DNA of 63,398 nt, counting the filler, from Tortispora ganteri (taxonomy: Eukaryota): assembly GCA_003707115.1 (NCBI GenBank). It is 11 parts of 11 records of this genome, joined end to end, with 100 filler letters (N's around TTAATTAATTAA, not from the genome) between each part and the next. Parts side by side here need not be neighbours in the genome. Positions count along the whole stretch, not along the records: positions 58,344 to 63,398 come from PPNB01000068.1; 10 more parts are not named here. The stretch is one strand, 5' to 3'. This document shows positions 58,471 to 63,398 of the stretch, one piece after another. The notes under the pieces were generated by a model. That model saw nothing but the letters and a program-made list of their open reading frames with translations. It was not told where the DNA came from and ran no database searches. The first letter of the stretch is position 1. Every line of letters starts with the position of its first letter. Made by a program: the position numbers and the translations under genes.

Positions 58471-59415
58471 ATGTCTCCTTCTACTCTCCCTCGTGGAATT
58501 TACCCACCAGTTGTCTCTTTTTTCAAAGATGATAAAGACGAGTCCCTCGATACTGAAACACTCAAGAAACATGTTGTTCGCATGGTTCGTGCCGGCTGCG
58601 CCGGTGTAGTTGTTCAAGGTTCCAACGGTGAGGCTGTTCATCTTACTCGCGATGAGCGCAAAGCTAATGTCAAGGCTGCACGCGAAGCGTTTGATGAAGC
58701 TGGTTTTAAGAACGCTGTCCTAATCGCTGGATGCGGTGTCCAGTCCGTCCACGAAACCGTCATCTTTTGCAAAGACGCTGCTGAAGCTGGCGCTGAGTAC
58801 GCAATGGTTTTACCTGCGCATTATTACAGAGCTTGGGTACCTCTTCCCGATATCATGCAATATTTCCGTGATGTTGCTGATGAAAGTCCTATCCCTATTA
58901 TCATCTACAACTTCCCTGCACCTGTTGGAGGAATCGATCTTGATTCAGACACTTTGACCGAGCTAGCTCAGCACCCCAACATTGTCGGTACCAAACTAAC
59001 TTGCGGAAATGTCGGAAAAGCCAGCAGACTTGCACAGATTCCTGGATTCTCTGTAATCGGTGGCGGTGCTGATCTTCAGACTCCTTTCCTGTTCGTTGGT
59101 GCTATTGGAACTATCCCCGGTATTGCCAATATCCTTCCTTCGCTTTGTGTACAGGCTTTTAAGGCTTTTGAAAATGGCGACTATAAGCGCTGTATGGAAC
59201 TACAAGCTACTTTGGCCGAATCCGATTGGTGCGTTATCAAGACTCTGGTTGCCGGAACTAAGTATGCTCTTTCGAAATACTATGGCTATGGTGGTTACGC
59301 TCGACGCCCTATTGCTCGTCCTGACGATAAAATTAAGCAAATTTTCGGCGAAAACTTTGACAAGTTCATCGCCCTCGAAGAACAGGCTTTCAAGGAAACT
59401 GAGGTTAAGCCCTGA
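58471..59415 (+). CDS. DHDPS-family aldolase, MATa-linked allele
   Basis: Protein identical to 36746..37690; stop is TGA instead of TAA. Confidence 0.88.
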   Translation: MSPSTLPRGIYPPVVSFFKDDKDESLDTETLKKHVVRMVRAGCAGVVVQGSNGEAVHLTRDERKANVKAAREAFDEAGFKNAVLIAGCGVQSVHETVIFCKDAAEAGAEYAMVLPAHYYRAWVPLPDIMQYFRDVADESPIPIIIYNFPAPVGGIDLDSDTLTELAQHPNIVGTKLTCGNVGKASRLAQIPGFSVIGGGADLQTPFLFVGAIGTIPGIANILPSLCVQAFKAFENGDYKRCMELQATLAESDWCVIKTLVAGTKYALSKYYGYGGYARRPIARPDDKIKQIFGENFDKFIALEEQAFKETEVKP

Positions 59416-59501
59416 TCCGCTCTACACTTGTGGTACGTTTTTGGAGTTAAATTAAAATCAATATACGATTTATCGACCGATATACTTATTCTCCGTTTAT
59501 T

Positions 59502-60080
59502 TCATTTTGTAGAAGTGCCTTTTCCATGTTTTCTCTTAGATGTGGTTCGACGGTTCGTAAACCATGAAGTCACAGAATGAACCGATAATCCTGTGATTTG
59601 AGATACGCGAAGTTTCTCAGTCTTGTTAAGAGTTTGCTTACGTTGGAAAACGAGTTCCATAAACTCTTGGTTTTCTTTATTCAGTTTCGAGTAGCTTTTC
59701 GGACCTATATGACCAATGCTCGAGGGTGTGCTCCCAGAACTCGACGTGGATGGTCTTCCTTCGCTTTTAGCAACCATAGAGCTAGACGTAGGGTCTTCGA
59801 AATTTTGCGAGTCTTTTAATGCCTTTGCGGCAATGCAGCGTTTTAGTGTACTATCCAAGTGCTGTTCAAAAGTTTGGCATATATCTTCGGAATGTAACAA
59901 TCGACCATAACAGTCTTGAATTCCCACATCGGTCGTTAAATCTGGTTCTGAAAGTACCACAGAGGAAAATTCCTGGTATATAGCTTGCATTGAATCTACG
60001 ACTTCTTTTAAGTCAGAATCAGCTTCTATTACTTGGGTCAACGAAGGATCGACCCGTAATCGCGCTAGCTCCCACCCCAT
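59502..60080 (-). CDS. MATa1: Mating-type protein a1 (homeodomain)
   Basis: FMELVFQRKQTLNKTEK..V....G......WFTNRR..SK closely resembles S. cerevisiae a1 FLEQVFRRKQSLNSKEK..WFINKRMRSK; first ATG 60080 (frame open from 60149); TATA near 60188. Confidence 0.9.
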   Translation of the reverse strand: MGWELARLRVDPSLTQVIEADSDLKEVVDSMQAIYQEFSSVVLSEPDLTTDVGIQDCYGRLLHSEDICQTFEQHLDSTLKRCIAAKALKDSQNFEDPTSSSMVAKSEGRPSTSSSGSTPSSIGHIGPKSYSKLNKENQEFMELVFQRKQTLNKTEKLRVSQITGLSVHSVTSWFTNRRTTSKRKHGKGTSTK

Positions 60081-60897
60081 GACAGTTACAATCGTTGCAA
60101 AATAACGATTGAAAAGCAGTGGTTTTAAATTTATAACTTCGTTAGTCAATTCTTAAGATTGAGAAAGATGATACGAGCGGTCCTTATATAATGTACCCTT
60201 TGAATGAGTAAAACAGTTTGACGAGGTACGGCGATAATATAATTAAAGATTAACTTTAAGGATGATGTAAGGTTTGACACGTTCACGTTGAAGTGTACTA
60301 ACAAGATCACAGAATGCTAGGTTTATTTATTCAGAAGTATAGTACTCATTAGATTTGCTTTAACCAAATTTCAAAATGAGTTTTACAAACTAAACTCTCA
60401 AACTCATGTATCCTACATGAAACTAGCAAATATAAGAAAGCAGCTAATCGTCGAATTAAAGTTTGGCGCAGTTAGCCCTATACGCTTCGTTCTTTTCTCT
60501 TAAAGATTATTTGCAATATTCTCTGCTCTTGCATCATGCCTTATGACAAGTATAATTGACAATAAAATGATTCAAACACTTTTCAAATAAATGAAGCAGT
60601 ATGAATCTAAACTCAGTTTATAGCACTAGAAAAGGTGAAAAGTGCTGTATCGCTCATCTATCGTAATAGTAAAGTTAAAGTTCACACTTGTTGTGTGTAT
60701 ATCTATCTAGCGCCTCTTTCGGAATCAAAGAAACTGTCCAGCGAAATTTAATATAAGTTGACTGCAAGCCTTATTCTTGCCATTATAAATCAAAAACGTA
60801 TACACATTACTGAATAACTCAATCATTATAACGCTCACTAGCTCCTTCCTAACTTTTTAACCCTACACTTTTTGATAAGTACCGTTAAAACCAAAAC

Positions 60898-61590
60898 ATG
60901 TCGCTAGAGAAGATAATGAACCCGGCCCTCTCGCCGCGCACAGAATCAACTACACTAACGCCGGTAGTGATTAGCCAGTATGTGGATTATTCGCCCGGTA
61001 TCGACATTCCAGAATTATATAAGGTAGAATATACGCCAGTATTAATTCGGAAAGATTTACTCTCGGATGGGAGCTTACCGGTTATGCATTTACATGAGGA
61101 GCGTAAGGATATTCGAGACAAAATTATCGTTGCACCAAAGCCAGCAATGGTAGTCGATTTACCAATCTCAAAAGAACAGATTGGCCAGCATAAACGCAAT
61201 TTCGAGTTCCAACGCAAAATGCTTGATTCCCGAGAGATACCCTTGTTTCCCTATCACATACCGGAGAGCACAATAAAGAAACGCAGGAAAAGAGAAAGAT
61301 CAGCCAAAGTAAATCGCCCACGCAACGCATTTATAATATATCGGACTCATATGACTGTTATAATAAAGCAAAGAGCATCAAATAACGAAAAGTATCATAA
61401 CACCGAGCTATCGAAACTGATCGGTGACATGTGGAAAAAAGAATCAGAAGAAGTCAAGAATCATTACAAAACTCTAGCAGCCGAAGAGGCGGCTATTCAC
61501 AAAAAATTATTTCCCGACTACAGGTATAAACCAAATAAATCTCCTGGTCCTCTTACTGACTTGGATAAAATCGGAAAAGGGTGTGAATGA
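60898..61590 (+). CDS. MATa2: Mating-type protein a2 (HMG box)
   Basis: KVNRPRNAFIIYR..HNTELSKLIGDMWK.E..EVK..YK.LA.EE...H...FPDYRYKP. Confidence 0.93.
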   Translation: MSLEKIMNPALSPRTESTTLTPVVISQYVDYSPGIDIPELYKVEYTPVLIRKDLLSDGSLPVMHLHEERKDIRDKIIVAPKPAMVVDLPISKEQIGQHKRNFEFQRKMLDSREIPLFPYHIPESTIKKRRKRERSAKVNRPRNAFIIYRTHMTVIIKQRASNNEKYHNTELSKLIGDMWKKESEEVKNHYKTLAAEEAAIHKKLFPDYRYKPNKSPGPLTDLDKIGKGCE

Positions 61591-61642
61591 TGACATTGGT
61601 TCACAGACTACCTGTAGTTCCCGCGCATTATGTACAAATTGT

Positions 61643-63091
61643 TCAACACCACTTGAAGAAGTTGCATCTATATTCGGAGACAATTTTTGAAGTATAACCT
61701 TCACCGACTGGTCTTGAACATATCCAAAAATATTTACCTTTATTGGGTCCCTTTTTGCATTGCATTCTTGTGCAAGGATCATTATGAATTCTGCACAATG
61801 GAGGTTTCGGCGGAGTAAACATTCTTGACCATGTGCTGTTATTTGATTTTAGTGCAGTTCTAATCATTTCCTTTTCTTCGATCGATAGAGAAGATGATTC
61901 CAGCTCATCATTTTGATTATCACTGTTTGCTTTATTGGTAGTTTGCAATTTTGTTGAGTCAGTTTCGATTGACTGGCTAGATGTATGTTTGGCGGCTTCG
62001 ATTGACTGGCCAGATGCATGCTTGACGGTTTTGGTGGGTTTATTTTCCGTACTTGGTTGTTCAGAAGCTGGTCTCTTTCTTGGTTTAAGGAATGAAGTGA
62101 GACGGTTTGAGGCGGAGAATGCCGGTAGGTTCGCTGTAGATAGTTTTAATGGAATTTCAGGTTTAGGCGGCAATTGTAGATTTTCAATACGGTCAAGGTC
62201 AAAATCTGCATATATAGGACAATGATCAGATCCATTAAGGTCTGGCCTTATATCGGCGTTTGTAAATGCATGAAGGAGATCGTCTGAGCAGAATATATAA
62301 TCGATTCTACTTCCGTAGTTTGAGGGCCTCGCGTTAATAAGGGTATTCCAACATGTAAACATACCTTTTCTTTGAGGGTGAAAATGACGACAGAGGTCAT
62401 GTAAAACACCTGTTTTTTGTGGATATAGCAGCTGATCTAGTAACGATCTTGCAAATGTCTCTTTAAAGCTAGATATACCGTTCTGTTTCATATTAAGAAC
62501 TGGATCGGCTGTATCTATCTCATCTCTAATAATATTTATATCTCCAAGGACCACGACTGATTTGCCCTGATTAATCAGATTACGGACTCGAGAATCAAGC
62601 GTTTCAAAGAAAGACTTTCTGAATTCTGATTTATTGCCCATAGAATCTGCCGGACAATAAAGACCTATTAACACAAAGTATCCAATATCTATGACTAATG
62701 CACGGCCTTCAGAATCAATCTCGCGTGCAGTAAATGGATCGATATCCGGATAACCGCCTATAGAATCAGGCTGATCTCTGTAAGGGACGGTACCACCTAA
62801 GTAGCCTGTTAGGCCCTCTTCTGCTTTAATTGCGTATAATTTTGATGAAGAACGAATGTATATTGAGACACCAGAATATCCACGTTTTGCTGCAAAAGTG
62901 TAGAAACAATCAAACCCTTTGATTCTAGCAGTACTAACGGTCAAATCTTTTTGTTGGATTTTAGTCTCTTGGAAGCATATTATATCTGCACCAAGCACAT
63001 CAAACATATGTTCGAATGATCTCTGTTGTCTCCAGGGATCAAATGATAGTACTGATCTAATTCCACAGATATTGAATGAGACAATACGCAT
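61643..63091 (-). CDS. APN2: AP endonuclease Apn2, MATa-linked allele
   Basis: As 40407..41855 with 7 amino-acid differences. Confidence 0.96.
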   Translation of the reverse strand: MRIVSFNICGIRSVLSFDPWRQQRSFEHMFDVLGADIICFQETKIQQKDLTVSTARIKGFDCFYTFAAKRGYSGVSIYIRSSSKLYAIKAEEGLTGYLGGTVPYRDQPDSIGGYPDIDPFTAREIDSEGRALVIDIGYFVLIGLYCPADSMGNKSEFRKSFFETLDSRVRNLINQGKSVVVLGDINIIRDEIDTADPVLNMKQNGISSFKETFARSLLDQLLYPQKTGVLHDLCRHFHPQRKGMFTCWNTLINARPSNYGSRIDYIFCSDDLLHAFTNADIRPDLNGSDHCPIYADFDLDRIENLQLPPKPEIPLKLSTANLPAFSASNRLTSFLKPRKRPASEQPSTENKPTKTVKHASGQSIEAAKHTSSQSIETDSTKLQTTNKANSDNQNDELESSSLSIEEKEMIRTALKSNNSTWSRMFTPPKPPLCRIHNDPCTRMQCKKGPNKGKYFWICSRPVGEGYTSKIVSEYRCNFFKWC

Positions 63092-63398
63092 GAGTGGCGA
63101 AGTTGATGGTCGGTGTGAGAAAATGACTACTTGAAATAGGCTGTCAATCTAGAATTTATGACCTACAATTTACAATCTAATCTACAATTCACAATCTAAT
63201 CTACAATTTACAATCATAACATACAATCATAATATACATATCGTAACTGCTATTACATCCATTGATTCTTATCCCATTGTGGGTCTTGGATGAATGCACA
63301 AAGCACTTTAGACCCCGTTTGAAGTAAAGGGTGTCCAGCCACACTATCAATTAGTAGATGTCTATCACAACAAAATATCAAATACTTACGTTTGCAAA

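Overview
This window is not one locus. It is 11 unplaced contigs of a heterozygous diploid budding yeast (Saccharomycotina), sorted by decreasing length and joined by artificial N44-TTAATTAATTAA-N44 linkers, so adjacency across linkers is meaningless. Contents: (i) both mating-type idiomorphs, MATalpha (alpha2+alpha1) and MATa (a1+a2), each between a DHDPS-family aldolase gene and APN2; (ii) two allelic contig pairs, PTR2-SFH1-LYS1-PAH1 and MSH1/kelch-BTB gene/189-bp tandem array/non-coding region; (iii) an apparently intact Ty1/copia element; (iv) PRP19; (v) at least 8 genes, fragments or pseudogenes of a tandem Ser-rich, PA14/GLEYA-like family. Best leads: (1) The adhesin-like family has no visible signal peptide or GPI signal, and its C-terminal domain is hypervariable: about 48 replacements versus 2-3 silent changes between two copies by manual codon alignment. 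(2) The copia gag and pol are in frame, separated by one UAG and followed by a pseudoknot-like structure, and the PBS matches the anticodon arm of tRNA-Lys(CUU). (3) A CACTA-like terminus with 189-bp subterminal repeats abuts about 1.7 kb of hairpin-dense non-coding sequence. All calls come from manual motif recognition; no searches or folding were run.
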